A stretch of 64,000 bases of DNA from Terrimicrobiaceae bacterium (lineage in GTDB: Bacteria > Verrucomicrobiota > Verrucomicrobiia > Chthoniobacterales > Terrimicrobiaceae), in NCBI GenBank assembly GCA_018402345.1, contig JAGYIV010000012.1, positions 309,813-373,812 on the forward strand, read 5' to 3'. The stretch's first letter is position 1, and each line of letters begins with the position of its first letter. Below the pieces are notes generated by a model. That model was not told the origin of the DNA and searched no databases. It saw only the letters and a list, made by a program, of their open reading frames with translations. Below are positions 30,210 to 39,470 of this stretch, piece by piece. Position numbers and translations under genes: made by a program.

Positions 30210-31024
30210 GCGGGGGTTCCGGTATCAGCGGCCGGGGCGTTGGTGAATTTCAAGCCGAGTTTGGAGCGGTGGAGGAATTCCTTGGCGAGTGCCCGGTAGG
30301 CGGCTGTGCCCGAGCCTTGGGGGTCGTGTTCGAAAATCGTCCTGCCGTGGCTCGGTGCCTCGGCGAATCTCACGGTGCGGGGAATGACAGTGTCGAAAAC
30401 AACCTCCTGGAAGTGGCTGCGGACCTCTTTTTCAACCGCAGGGTTGAGGTTCGTGCGGCCGTCGAACATCGTGAGGACAAGGCCCGAGATGGCCAATGAG
30501 GGGTTTGCTCCACTGCTGCGGATGCGGTCGGTGACTTCCATGAGAAGACCAAGACCCTCCAAGGCGTAGTATTCGCATTGGATTGGGACGAGGATTTCGT
30601 CCGCCGCGGCGAGGGCGTTCGACATGAGGATGCCCAGAGAGGGGGGGCAGTCCATGAGGACGTAGTCGAAATCGTGTTCGGCGCGGATGGCATCGAACGC
30701 ACCTCGGAGTCGCATCATGTGGTCGTCCATGCGCGCGACTTCGATTTCCGCGCCGGCGAGATCGAGGTCCGAGCGGATGATCGAGAGGTTTTTCAAGCGG
30801 GTAGGGGTCACCAGTGAGGAGCCCAGCGCCTCGCCGATGAGGGCGGAATAGATGCTCGGGGACTCGGATTCCTCCGGGGCGAGAACGCTCGAGGCGCTCC
30901 CTTGGGGATCGAGATCCACGAGGAGGACGCGGCATTTTTTTTCAGCCAGCGCGGCGGCGAGATTGACGCTGGTGGTGGTCTTTCCGACCCCGCCCTTTTG
31001 GTTCGTTATGGCAATGACTTTCAT
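30206..31024 (-). CDS. parA: ParA/Soj-type partition ATPase
   Basis: 272-aa ORF with the deviant Walker A motif NQKGGVGKTTT, DLDPQGSAS and LMDCPPSLG. No parB is adjacent. Confidence 0.9.
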   Translation of the reverse strand: MKVIAITNQKGGVGKTTTSVNLAAALAEKKCRVLLVDLDPQGSASSVLAPEESESPSIYSALIGEALGSSLVTPTRLKNLSIIRSDLDLAGAEIEVARMDDHMMRLRGAFDAIRAEHDFDYVLMDCPPSLGILMSNALAAADEILVPIQCEYYALEGLGLLMEVTDRIRSSGANPSLAISGLVLTMFDGRTNLNPAVEKEVRSHFQEVVFDTVIPRTVRFAEAPSHGRTIFEHDPQGSGTAAYRALAKEFLHRSKLGLKFTNAPAADTGTPA

Positions 31025-31099
31025 GAAAGGATCAACCCCGTGCCTTGTTGCGCAGGAGTGGGGGGAATTGTCAACGCCAAGGAGGCAAGCCTCAAATGC

Positions 31100-32527
31100 T
31101 CAATTGACAATGGAGTCGCGCCACGCTGGGGCGAGCTCGAAAGTCCAAGGGACACCATCGCACCGCCGCATGATCTCGCCCGTGTCTGCGGGGTAGGGCA
31201 GGCGGGCGGTGTGGAATGTCACGCCAGAGGAACCGGCGCTGCGCGGGGAGATGCCGCTGTGCTTCCTGTGATCGGCGGTCAGGATGTCTTCGACACCTTC
31301 GTCTAGACTCGTGAAATCCCCTGCGACATCCAGCGCTGAGGTCGAGCGGATGGCGTGGAAAATCTGGCGCGGGGTGACGAGAGATAGGCGGAGCAGCACA
31401 CGGTCGAGAGGTTCCGCGAGTAGCCGCCGGGCTTCGCGGATGCGTTGGGCGTTTGCAATGGATAGGATTTCCACGGAGAGGAGGTGCTCCACCAGAGCGT
31501 CCTGCGAGAACCGCAGGGCGGCGAATTCCTGCCAGAGCTTCGAAAACGCAGCGGGTGTGTCTGATTGGAACACCGCCGCGTCTCCGAGGATGTCGTGGAT
31601 TTTTTTCGATGTGGCGGGGTGGAGGTGGTGGTTCACGGCAAGTGCACCATTATTCAGGGGCAGGATGCCGTGGAGTTCGCAGAAGAGTGGGGTCAATGTG
31701 CGCAGGATTGGAATGCCGAGGGTAAACTCCGAGGTGTCCACCGGTTCCGTGCCGTGCGCCAGGGCGTTGATTTCGCGGATTTCCTGCGCGGGGCGGACGG
31801 CGAGGCGTTCCATCGCTTCGCCCAGCGTGCACCGGCGGGTCATTTGAGTCTCGCGAACCGTTCGACGTGTTCCCGGATCGAGGGAGTCGAACAGGGGTTG
31901 GAAAGGAATCCGGCGGCGGTGGAATCTTCTGCCAGGATAAAGCTCGTCGCACAGGGCTTCGAAATTCGAGGGGGTGAAAAGCCTCGGGCTCACGTGCGCG
32001 TGGAACAGGTGTTCGAGTGCTTTGACGTCGTCCCTCTCCAGAGGTTCGACGAATGCCATCGTCAAGCCCCGCCGGGGTGTTCGCTCGATGGGCATCGCGC
32101 GATATTGGCGCGCACTCGACTCGGGCCACTGGTCGATCAGTTCTGAATCGATATCCTCAGGCGTTGCGACCACTGGCATCACTCCCGAGGCGCGGGACCA
32201 GATCGCGGTGAAGCGGCGTTCGTCGATCCTCTCCTGCTCAAGGAGGGTCGAAAGTGCCGAACGGGCAGTGGAGGATTCTTGAAGCCTCTTGAGATCGCTT
32301 TGGGATCCGAATCCCTCGGCGACGAGAATTTCGCTGAGTTGTATCGAGGTCGGTGGACGGCCGTGCAGGGCTGCGCCGTGAATGATTTCCTGTTGCTTGG
32401 AGCGGGGCGACTTGGATAGGCCGAAAAGTTTGCGGATGTCGGGAGGGGAGGTGTGCCATCCGGCGGCAAAGAAGGCGAATGCGCCGAGAATCGGCAATGC
32501 TACAAGGAGTGAAGGCAATGAATCCAT
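31100..32527 (-). CDS. Membrane-anchored protein with three T2SSE_N (GspE/MshE N-terminal)-like domains, no ATPase domain
   Basis: Trimmed to ATG 32527 (MDSLPSLLVALPILGAFAFFAAGW TM helix). Three repeats follow the T2SSE_N pattern, for example LSEILVAEGFGSQSDLKRL...ARQYRAMPIERTPRRGLTMAFVEPLERDDVKALEHLF. The domain call is from recalled consensus. Confidence 0.55.
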   Translation of the reverse strand: MDSLPSLLVALPILGAFAFFAAGWHTSPPDIRKLFGLSKSPRSKQQEIIHGAALHGRPPTSIQLSEILVAEGFGSQSDLKRLQESSTARSALSTLLEQERIDERRFTAIWSRASGVMPVVATPEDIDSELIDQWPESSARQYRAMPIERTPRRGLTMAFVEPLERDDVKALEHLFHAHVSPRLFTPSNFEALCDELYPGRRFHRRRIPFQPLFDSLDPGTRRTVRETQMTRRCTLGEAMERLAVRPAQEIREINALAHGTEPVDTSEFTLGIPILRTLTPLFCELHGILPLNNGALAVNHHLHPATSKKIHDILGDAAVFQSDTPAAFSKLWQEFAALRFSQDALVEHLLSVEILSIANAQRIREARRLLAEPLDRVLLRLSLVTPRQIFHAIRSTSALDVAGDFTSLDEGVEDILTADHRKHSGISPRSAGSSGVTFHTARLPYPADTGEIMRRCDGVPWTFELAPAWRDSIVN

Positions 32528-32534
32528 GTCCACC

Positions 32535-32858
32535 TCACAAGGAATTCCGTGCCCGGTGGCGGTGCTCGGATAATGGGCGGATGCGTTGGGCGACCGCAAT
32601 GCGATGCGCCATGATCAAGATGGCAAGTGTCGCGGCCGTGAGGATGGCGATCCATGCTCCGGTCGCCATATAGAACCAGAGAAGCGATTCGGTATCTCCG
32701 GAGGTCTCGTGCACTGGTTCGATGGCAGGAGATGGATCGGCGGGAGCGTTGGCAGGGGATTGCGCGGTATCATTCAGCGCAAAGGCCGGCGAAAGGTTGG
32801 CGAGACTCAAGGCAACCGCAAGGGCGACCGCGTTCAGAAAGCGAAGAGCGTGGAGCAT
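32535..32858 (-). CDS. Small hypothetical protein (signal peptide plus C-terminal TM)
   Basis: 107-aa ORF with ATG 32858, signal peptide AVALSLANLSPAFA and a TM helix LLWFYMATGAWIAILTAATLAILIMA. Its stop lies 7 nt before the next gene start. Confidence 0.45.
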   Translation of the reverse strand: MLHALRFLNAVALAVALSLANLSPAFALNDTAQSPANAPADPSPAIEPVHETSGDTESLLWFYMATGAWIAILTAATLAILIMAHRIAVAQRIRPLSEHRHRARNSL

Positions 32859-32999
32859 TCGACAGACTATGAGCCGTGTGCCCGATTCGAAAATGGGGTC
32901 AAGTCCTCCGCCTGTAAATCAAGTGGCGAATTTTATGACGTTCCGGAAAGCTCTAAAAACGGTGGGCGCCTAAAGGAATCGGCAAGGCGAATTGGTTGA

Positions 33000-34406
33000 T
33001 CAGCCTTCCATGTCCTCGAGTTCGAGTCCTTTTGTTTCGCGGGTGAACTTCAGGACGAAGAAGGCGGAGATGAGGGCGAAGACGGCATAGATGCCGTAAG
33101 CGCCGCCAAGGCCGATGCTGGTGAGCATGACCGGGAACAACATGGTGATGCCGAAGTTGGTGACCCATTGGGAGAGTCCGCTTACGGCGAGGCCGGAGCC
33201 GCGGAGTTGGTTCGGGAACATCTCGCCGAGCATGATCCACATGACGGGTCCCCAGGTGGCATTGAAGAAAATCACATATAGGTTCGCCGCGATGAGGGCG
33301 GCGAGTCCAGCATGGTCGCCGAGTTGGAGCGCGCCGTTGTCCCCGAGGGCGCCCATGGCGAAGACCACGGCCATGGTTCCAAGGGTGAGGGCCATGCCGA
33401 ACGATCCGACGAGCAGCAATGGCTTGCGGCCGATTCGATCCACAAGAAACGTCGCGACTAGGCAGGCTGCGATGCTCACGCCCCCACTCACCACATTGAT
33501 CAGCAGGGCGTGCTCCTCGGTGAATCCGGCCGCCTGCCAGAGGACCGCGCCGTAATAGAACACGACATTTATGCCCACGAGTTGCTGGAACGCCGCCAGA
33601 CCCACGCCGACCCAGGCGATCGGGCGGATGCCGAGTTTCGGGTCGAGGATGTCCCGGAGCCGAGGGCGGTGGTGGTCGCCTGCCAGCGAGGCTTGGATTT
33701 CTGCGAGTTTTTCCGGAGCGCTTTCGCCCATGAGGCGTCCAAGCACAGCAAGGGCTTTGTCGTTTTTGCCGCTGGCCACTAAAAAGCGCGGGCTTTCGGG
33801 AATCAAGAACAGGGCGAGCAGAAACAGGATGGCAGGGGCGAGTTCGATCCAAAACATCCACCGCCACGCCTCGTAGCCCCAGGCGAACATCTGCGTGGAC
33901 CCGCCCGCTGTGCCGGCGATGAGGTAGTTGCTCAAAAACGCGAAGAACAGCCCTGAGATGATCGCAATCTGCTGGATCGAGGTCAGCATGCCGCGGTGCC
34001 GTGCTGGGGCGACTTCGCTGATGTATGCCGGCGCGATCACGCTCGCGGCACCCACCGCGAGGCCTCCAAGCACGCGGTAGATGATGAAGTCTGCTGATCC
34101 CGTGGCGATGCCCGATCCCCAGGCGCTCATGATGAAAAGCACGGCGGCGATGATCAGAATCGCGCGGCGGCCGATTTTGTCGGCAAGTGTTCCAGCGAAG
34201 AAAGCCCCGACGGCGCAACCGAGGAGCATCGAGGCGACATTGAACCCAGTGCCCACGTTGTCCGAAGTAAAGGCCTTTTGTAGACCAGCGACCGTGCCGT
34301 TGATCACCCCGCTGTCAAAGCCAAACAAAAAGCCGCCAATGGTGGCGACGAGGCAAATGAGGGAGACAAACCGAGTGTTTGTGGTGTCTTTATTCATGGG
34401 GGGCAT
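33000..34406 (-). CDS. MFS sugar porter (GalP/XylE-like)
   Basis: GFLFGFDSGVINGT, GRRAILIIAAV and PESPRFL motifs, with 12 TM helices. Alternative ATG starts lie at 34397 and 34442. Confidence 0.9.
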   Translation of the reverse strand: MPPMNKDTTNTRFVSLICLVATIGGFLFGFDSGVINGTVAGLQKAFTSDNVGTGFNVASMLLGCAVGAFFAGTLADKIGRRAILIIAAVLFIMSAWGSGIATGSADFIIYRVLGGLAVGAASVIAPAYISEVAPARHRGMLTSIQQIAIISGLFFAFLSNYLIAGTAGGSTQMFAWGYEAWRWMFWIELAPAILFLLALFLIPESPRFLVASGKNDKALAVLGRLMGESAPEKLAEIQASLAGDHHRPRLRDILDPKLGIRPIAWVGVGLAAFQQLVGINVVFYYGAVLWQAAGFTEEHALLINVVSGGVSIAACLVATFLVDRIGRKPLLLVGSFGMALTLGTMAVVFAMGALGDNGALQLGDHAGLAALIAANLYVIFFNATWGPVMWIMLGEMFPNQLRGSGLAVSGLSQWVTNFGITMLFPVMLTSIGLGGAYGIYAVFALISAFFVLKFTRETKGLELEDMEG

Positions 34407-34520
34407 TGCTATTTCTATTGGCCATATATGGGAAGGATGCATGCGATGGCAATTTTTATGGCAGCTGGCATGCCCGCTTGGAGTTCTTGGTTGTCGGCGG
34501 TTAAGTCGTGCCGCGCGTTT

Positions 34521-34559
34521 CCGTCAAAAAAATGGCCGATCGGCCAAAAAAGTTGCGGG
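34521..34559 (+). repeat. 39-bp conserved intergenic element, copy 1 (contains the 14-bp palindrome TGGCCGATCGGCCA at 34533-34546)
   Basis: CCGTCAAAAAAATGGCCGATCGGCCAAAAAAGTTGCGGG is identical to 40150-40188 in the same orientation. It lies 93 nt upstream of the kamA ATG. Confidence 0.9.
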
Positions 34560-34652
34560 CAGCGTTTTCGACCCAATGCTGTGAGCTCCGAGGCGTGTTG
34601 CAACCAAGTGCCGCGTTGACAGAAGGAGTGTGGGTCGTAGCCTGTGCACGTG

Positions 34653-35840
34653 ATGCAAGTGTCGCCTTTGTTTGAACCCGAGCGGTTTTTCTCCCATGCA
34701 CCAGGGCATTGGGTTGGCGTGTCGAGTGATGATTGGGATGACTGGCGCTGGCAGCAACGGAATCGGGTGACCACGCTTGCCGGATTGGAGGCGCGGCTGA
34801 ACTTGAGCAGTGCCGAACGGGTTGGCGTGTTGCTCGCGGGAAGCAAGCTGGCCCTTGCTGTGACGCCTCATTATTTCAACCTGATCGAGCCGGACAACGA
34901 GAATTGCCCGATCCGGCGTCAGGTGGTTCCGAGGATCGAGGAAGGCTACGACTCCCCCTTCGACATGGCCGATCCATGCGGTGAGGATTCCTCGATGCCA
35001 GTGCCCGGCCTGGTTCACCGGTATCCCGATCGTGTTCTTTTTCTCGTGACCGACCGCTGCGCCTCCTATTGCAGGTATTGCACGCGGAGTCGCGTGGTGA
35101 GCGGGGTGGGGGAGCAGGAGTTGCACACGGATTTTGAGGAGGCATTCCGGTATTTGGAAAAAAACACACAAATCCGCGATGTCCTCCTCTCGGGCGGTGA
35201 CGCGCTGTTGCTTTCGGACTCGCGTTTGGAGGCGATTCTCGCGCGGTTACGTTCGATCCGGCACATCGAGTTTGTGCGAATCGGCACGCGGGTCCCGATT
35301 TTTCTCCCCCAGCGAGTCACGCCGGAATTGTGCGCGATGCTGCGGAAGTTCCATCCGCTCTGGATGAGTGTGCACGTGAACCATCCCCGCGAACTCACGA
35401 TCGAAGTGCGCGATGCTTTGGGGCGTCTGGCCGACAGCGGGATTCCCTTAGGGAACCAGAGTGTTCTTTTGGCCGGGGTGAACGACGATGTCACCACGAT
35501 GCGCAAGCTTGTGCACAAGCTCCTGCTGTGTCGCGTGAGGCCGTATTATCTCTACCAATGCGATTTGATTCGCGGGTCGTCGCATTTGCGCACATCGGTG
35601 GCCAAGGGGATCGAAATCATTGAGGGGCTGCGAGGTTTCACGAGCGGCTATGCAATCCCTCAATACGTGATCGACGCACCCGGCGGCGGAGGAAAGGTGC
35701 CGGTGAACCCGAGTTACGTTGTCTACCATGACAGCGAAAAAGTCGTCATTCGGAACTTCGAGGGCAGGATTTTTGAGTATCCCGAACCTACAACCGTTCC
35801 CGTGCCAAACCACCATGCCGCCGAGCTTGTCGCGCTGTGA
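34653..35840 (+). CDS. kamA: KamA-family radical SAM enzyme (lysine 2,3-aminomutase-like)
   Basis: CASYCRYCTRS radical-SAM cluster, SGGDALL, PYYLYQCD and IDAPGGGGKVPV motifs. GTG 34644 is an alternative start. Confidence 0.85.
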   Translation: MQVSPLFEPERFFSHAPGHWVGVSSDDWDDWRWQQRNRVTTLAGLEARLNLSSAERVGVLLAGSKLALAVTPHYFNLIEPDNENCPIRRQVVPRIEEGYDSPFDMADPCGEDSSMPVPGLVHRYPDRVLFLVTDRCASYCRYCTRSRVVSGVGEQELHTDFEEAFRYLEKNTQIRDVLLSGGDALLLSDSRLEAILARLRSIRHIEFVRIGTRVPIFLPQRVTPELCAMLRKFHPLWMSVHVNHPRELTIEVRDALGRLADSGIPLGNQSVLLAGVNDDVTTMRKLVHKLLLCRVRPYYLYQCDLIRGSSHLRTSVAKGIEIIEGLRGFTSGYAIPQYVIDAPGGGGKVPVNPSYVVYHDSEKVVIRNFEGRIFEYPEPTTVPVPNHHAAELVAL

Positions 35841-35901
35841 GACAAATCCTAAAACAATGGGCATGTTGCCTGATGGGAGACCATTGAGTATGTTCCACGC
35901 C

Positions 35902-37074
35902 ATGAAACGCTCATTTTTGTCCGTATTGGCCATTCTCACACTACTTGTCACTGGGTGTGACAGGCCCGGCACGCCGAGTGTGTCAACCGATCCCTCGCCG
36001 AGTCCCACGCCGCTTCAGATTCTGGATATCGGGGTGTTTTTACCTTTCAAGAGCGATGCCAAACTAAGCGCCGAGGCCGCGTTGAACGGGTTGCAGTTGG
36101 CCGCCGAACAATGCAATGCGGCCGGTGGTGTCAACGGGCGACCTGTTCGACTTGTTGTGCGTGACACGAATGCGGAATCCGAATCCGCTGGTCAGGCGAT
36201 GCGGGATTTGATCTCGGATAAGAAGTTCAAGGTTGTGGCGGTGATTGGCGCGCTGGCCACTGGAAGCGGACAGGCAATCGAGGCAGCCAATAAATCGGAG
36301 GTGCCACTGATTGCCATTGGTTCCACCATGCCTGCCCGCATGGACTCCGAGCCTTGGGTTTTCCGGATTTGCTATGCCGACTTCCACTCCGGGCACATCA
36401 TGGCCCAGACCGCCTTTTCTCTTGGGGCATTGCGGGCCATCGTGCTCTTCGATCCCGAGGACAAGTTTGCCCAGACGCTTGCACTCGGCTTCGGGAAGAA
36501 ATTCAAGACGAAGACGCGCACGGCCATGGTCCCCGAGCATTTTCAGCACGGAACGACCGACTTTTCGAAGCAGTTGGAAAACATCAAAAAGAAAAATCCC
36601 GACATCGTGTATCTGCCGACCGACCAGCGCACCGCTGCGCGCATCGTGAAACAGGCTCGGGCCATGGGTTTGCAGATGCCCTTCCTTGGCACAGCCATGT
36701 GGGATTCCCCGGAATTCCTCGCCGAGGCCGGAGAAGCGGCTAACAACTGCTACCTGCCAGCCCGTTACAATCCCCAAGGGGGCGACGAAAGAGTCATGCT
36801 CTTCTCTCCGGCCTATCGCGAAAAATTTGGTGCCGATCCGAGTGCTCCCTCGGCCCTCGGCTACGAGTCGCTGGTGGTTTTGATCTCCGCAATTAAATCC
36901 GCCGGATCCACCAGTCCCACAGCAATCGCTTCGGCCCTGCGCAACATCAAAGACCTCCCCGGTCTCACCGGGCCGATCACCATCGATCCCGAGCGGATCA
37001 TGGCTTTTTCGGTTCCTGTCCTGAAGGTGGAGAACAACAAGTTCACCTACCTTGAGACTGTGACGATGAAGTAG
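35902..37074 (+). CDS. ABC transporter substrate-binding lipoprotein (LivJ/PBP1 type)
   Basis: Trimmed to ATG 35902 (MKRSFLSVLAILTLLVTGC lipobox). Leu/Ile/Val-binding family pattern (VAVIGALATGSGQAIEAANKSEVPLIAIGST). Confidence 0.85.
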   Translation: MKRSFLSVLAILTLLVTGCDRPGTPSVSTDPSPSPTPLQILDIGVFLPFKSDAKLSAEAALNGLQLAAEQCNAAGGVNGRPVRLVVRDTNAESESAGQAMRDLISDKKFKVVAVIGALATGSGQAIEAANKSEVPLIAIGSTMPARMDSEPWVFRICYADFHSGHIMAQTAFSLGALRAIVLFDPEDKFAQTLALGFGKKFKTKTRTAMVPEHFQHGTTDFSKQLENIKKKNPDIVYLPTDQRTAARIVKQARAMGLQMPFLGTAMWDSPEFLAEAGEAANNCYLPARYNPQGGDERVMLFSPAYREKFGADPSAPSALGYESLVVLISAIKSAGSTSPTAIASALRNIKDLPGLTGPITIDPERIMAFSVPVLKVENNKFTYLETVTMK

Positions 37075-37091
37075 CCCCCATGGCGGTGGGG

Positions 37092-37472
37092 TTATTTCGC
37101 CGGTTGGATGAGTTCGATTTCGTAGCCTTCCGGAGCATCGACGAATGCGATCACCGAGCCGTTGGAGCTTGTGTGCGGTCCGTCGCTGAGTGGGTATCCG
37201 AGGGCCTCCGAGTGCTTCGCAAATGCTGCGATGTCCTCGACCTCGAACGCTAGGTGCGTGAGATCCGGGCCCACCACCACCGGACCGCTGCCGTCGTATT
37301 TGCAAATCTCGATCAGTTCCTCGCTCCCGGGTGTCTTGAAAAAGACCAACTCCGATCCGCGTCCGCTCTTGCTCCTGCGGATCTCCTCCAACCCGAGAAC
37401 ATCCCGGTAAAAGGCGACTGTTTTATCCAAATCCGAGACCCTGTAGCGCGTGTGGAGAAGTTTTTTAACCAT
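37092..37472 (-). CDS. VOC family protein / glyoxalase I-like
   Basis: 126-aa ORF with HTRYRVSDLDKTVAFYRDVLG and HLAFEVEDI motifs typical of glyoxalase/VOC proteins. Confidence 0.8.
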   Translation of the reverse strand: MVKKLLHTRYRVSDLDKTVAFYRDVLGLEEIRRSKSGRGSELVFFKTPGSEELIEICKYDGSGPVVVGPDLTHLAFEVEDIAAFAKHSEALGYPLSDGPHTSSNGSVIAFVDAPEGYEIELIQPAK

Positions 37473-37598
37473 GATGCCCGCAAACTACTCCCGCCCCAAC
37501 GCTCGCGGCAAGCCCATAGACAGGGATGAAAATAGTCATTCCTTTTTCTTGCTCGATCGAAGCTCCCAGCTTAGGAGTTAATGCTCTCTATCGAGATT

Positions 37599-37688
37599 GG
37601 AAGGGTGGCTGAGCCCGGTTTAAAGCACTCGACTCGAAATCGAACGTAGCGCAAGCTACCGGGGGTTCGAATCCCCCCCCTTCCGCCA
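37599..37688 (+). tRNA. tRNA-Ser (anticodon CGA)
   Basis: Acceptor stem GGAAGGG/CCCTTCC, T-arm GGGGG-TTCGAAT-CCCCC, anticodon loop CU-CGA-AA, long variable arm GTAGC-GCAA-GCTAC, discriminator G and an encoded CCA. Confidence 0.9.
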
Positions 37689-38146
37689 TTTTACAATCAA
37701 CGGGTCAACTGGCCGCGCAAAAAAAGGGGAGGCTACCCTGTGAGTCTGGCTCACTCGAGCCAGTCCCACATGATCGCACGTTACTCATCGGGATCATGCT
37801 CTGATCGATCTTCACAGGCTGTGCCACCTGCTCGGAGTAATCCTGAGCCATTCTTCTGGAATCTAGAGCGCTTCAATAAATAGTATAGCCAATTGGGACG
37901 AGTGATGTATCATTTGTCGGTGAGCAATCGACGAACGATCTCCATGGATTTGAGGGAACGAATTTTGGAAGCTTATGAAGAGGGGGATGCAACGCGGGAT
38001 CAAGTTGCTCGCCGCTTTCGAGTGTCCTTGGGGATGGTCAAGAAGCTGCTCCAGCAACGGCGTCACAGCGGGGACATCCGCGCTAGTATCTCGTAACACT
38101 TATATTTTCGCATTGTAAATTTGGCCTTGCTGGATTTTTCTCCGGC

Positions 38147-39274
38147 ATGGCCAATCGATACAAAGTCACCCTCACGCAATCGGAACGCACCGAACTCACG
38201 CAACTCACCCGCTGCGGGAAGACCCCTGCCGCGAAGTTTCTCCACGCTCGCGCCCTGCTCCTGTGCGATGCGGGCGAGCACGGCGACCCTTGGAAAGTGG
38301 CCGATGTGGCAGCAGCTTTGGGGATCAGCTCCCGCACCGTGGAGCACCTCAAACAACGTTTTGTCGAAGAAGGCTTGAGGCGGCCTTGGTTCGCAAGCCC
38401 CTTGCAAACCGCGGGATGTCACTTTCGACGGAACATTTGACGCGCGCCTGACCGCGCTGGCTTGCTCGCCGGCCCCGGAGGGTTACCAACGCTGGACGGT
38501 GCGGCTCTTGGCCGACAAGCTCGTCGAACTCAAAATCGTGGATGCGGTATCGGTGATGACGGTGCAGCGCTCGCTAAAAAAAACGAGTTGCAGCCTCATT
38601 TGAGCAAATACTGGAAGATTCCGCCCGACGGGGATGCAGCCTTTGTCGCCGCCATGGAAGATGTCTTGAATGTTTACCGGTTGCCCTACGATCCCCGCTT
38701 CCCTGTGGTCTGCATGGATGAGTCGAGCAAGCAGTTGATCGGCGAGGTGCATGCCCCCATTGCGGCCAAGCCCGGCCAAGTCGCCATTGCCGATCATGAA
38801 TATGTGCGCCAAGGCGTGGCCATGCTTTTTGTCGAGGTTGAACCTCTGGCCGGCCGCCGCCATGTCGAAGTCACCGAACGCCGCACACGACAGGACTGGG
38901 CTCACTTCATCAAGGGAATGCTCGAGGAACGCTACCCCGAAGCCATCAAGGTGCGATTGGTCATGGACAACCTCAACACCCATGCCATCGCCTCGCTCTA
39001 CGAAACCTTCCCGCCGGTCGAAGCGCGCCGCTTGGCCGATCGTCTCGAAATCCACTACACGCCCAAACACGGCAGTTGGCTCAACATCGCAGAAATCGAA
39101 CTCAGCGCCCTCAACAGTCAATGCCTGCGCCGCCGAATCCCGGACATCGAATCCATGCGCTGCCAAACCTCCGCGTGGCAAAACCACCGCAACAACCGTG
39201 GCGCTCCCATCAACTGGCGCTTCACAACCGAAGACGCTCGCATCAAGCTGCTCAGACTTTATCCGAAACTTTAG
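38147..39274 (+). pseudogene. Inner IS630-family transposase (HTH plus DDE) needing three +1-nt corrections
   Basis: MANRYKVTLTQSERTELTQL...VEEGL, shift, EAALVRKPLANR, shift, DVTFDG...QRWTVRLLADKLVE...SLKK, A8 tract, NELQPHLSKYWKIPP...CMDE...VMDNLNTH...WLNIAEIE. The shifts lie at about 38388, 38414 and 38576-38583. Confidence 0.8.
38576..38583 (+). other. A8 tract at the HTH/DDE junction of the inner IS630 transposase
   Basis: CTAAAAAAAACGAG. Nine A residues would give a continuous SLKKNELQ reading. With eight A residues, a -1 shift is needed. Confidence 0.6.
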
Positions 39275-39462
39275 CTGTTACTGGATACTAGGCATCACTT
39301 GGCAGGGCGCAAACCAATGATCCTGCTCGAGCATCGGCAAGAGATGGTTCGCTTGTTGAAAGTAAAACCCGATATGAGCCTCAAAGAACTGAAGGAAGCC
39401 ATGGGCCTGAAGTGTTCCCTGCAGGCCATTCATGTTGTGCTTGTGAAGATGGAGATGACTTT

Positions 39463-39470
39463 AAAAAAAA
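39463..39470 (+). other. A8 slippery tract (candidate -1 programmed frameshift site) in the outer IS630 transposase
   Basis: ACTTTAAAAAAAAGACTC. The zero frame reads MTLKKRLSAP and soon stops. The -1 frame reads KKKTLRASEQDRPD and carries the DDE domain. Confidence 0.6.

Larger units (their letters stand above)
38086..39288 (+). mobile_element. IS630-family element (inner, 1203 bp) inserted at a TA in the outer transposase gene
   Basis: TA at 38084-38085 and at 39289-39290. Imperfect inverted repeats (GTATCTCGTAACA... vs reverse-complement GTATCCAGTAACA...). Removing 1205 bp restores the outer reading frame (DIRARHHLAGRKP). Confidence 0.8.

Noticed and set aside
34541-34559. Sigma-54 promoter (GG-N10-GC) within the 39-bp element (CGGCCAAAAAAGTTGC)
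   Set aside because: The spacing between the GG and GC elements is one nucleotide too long for the strict -24/-12 geometry, and this holds in both copies.
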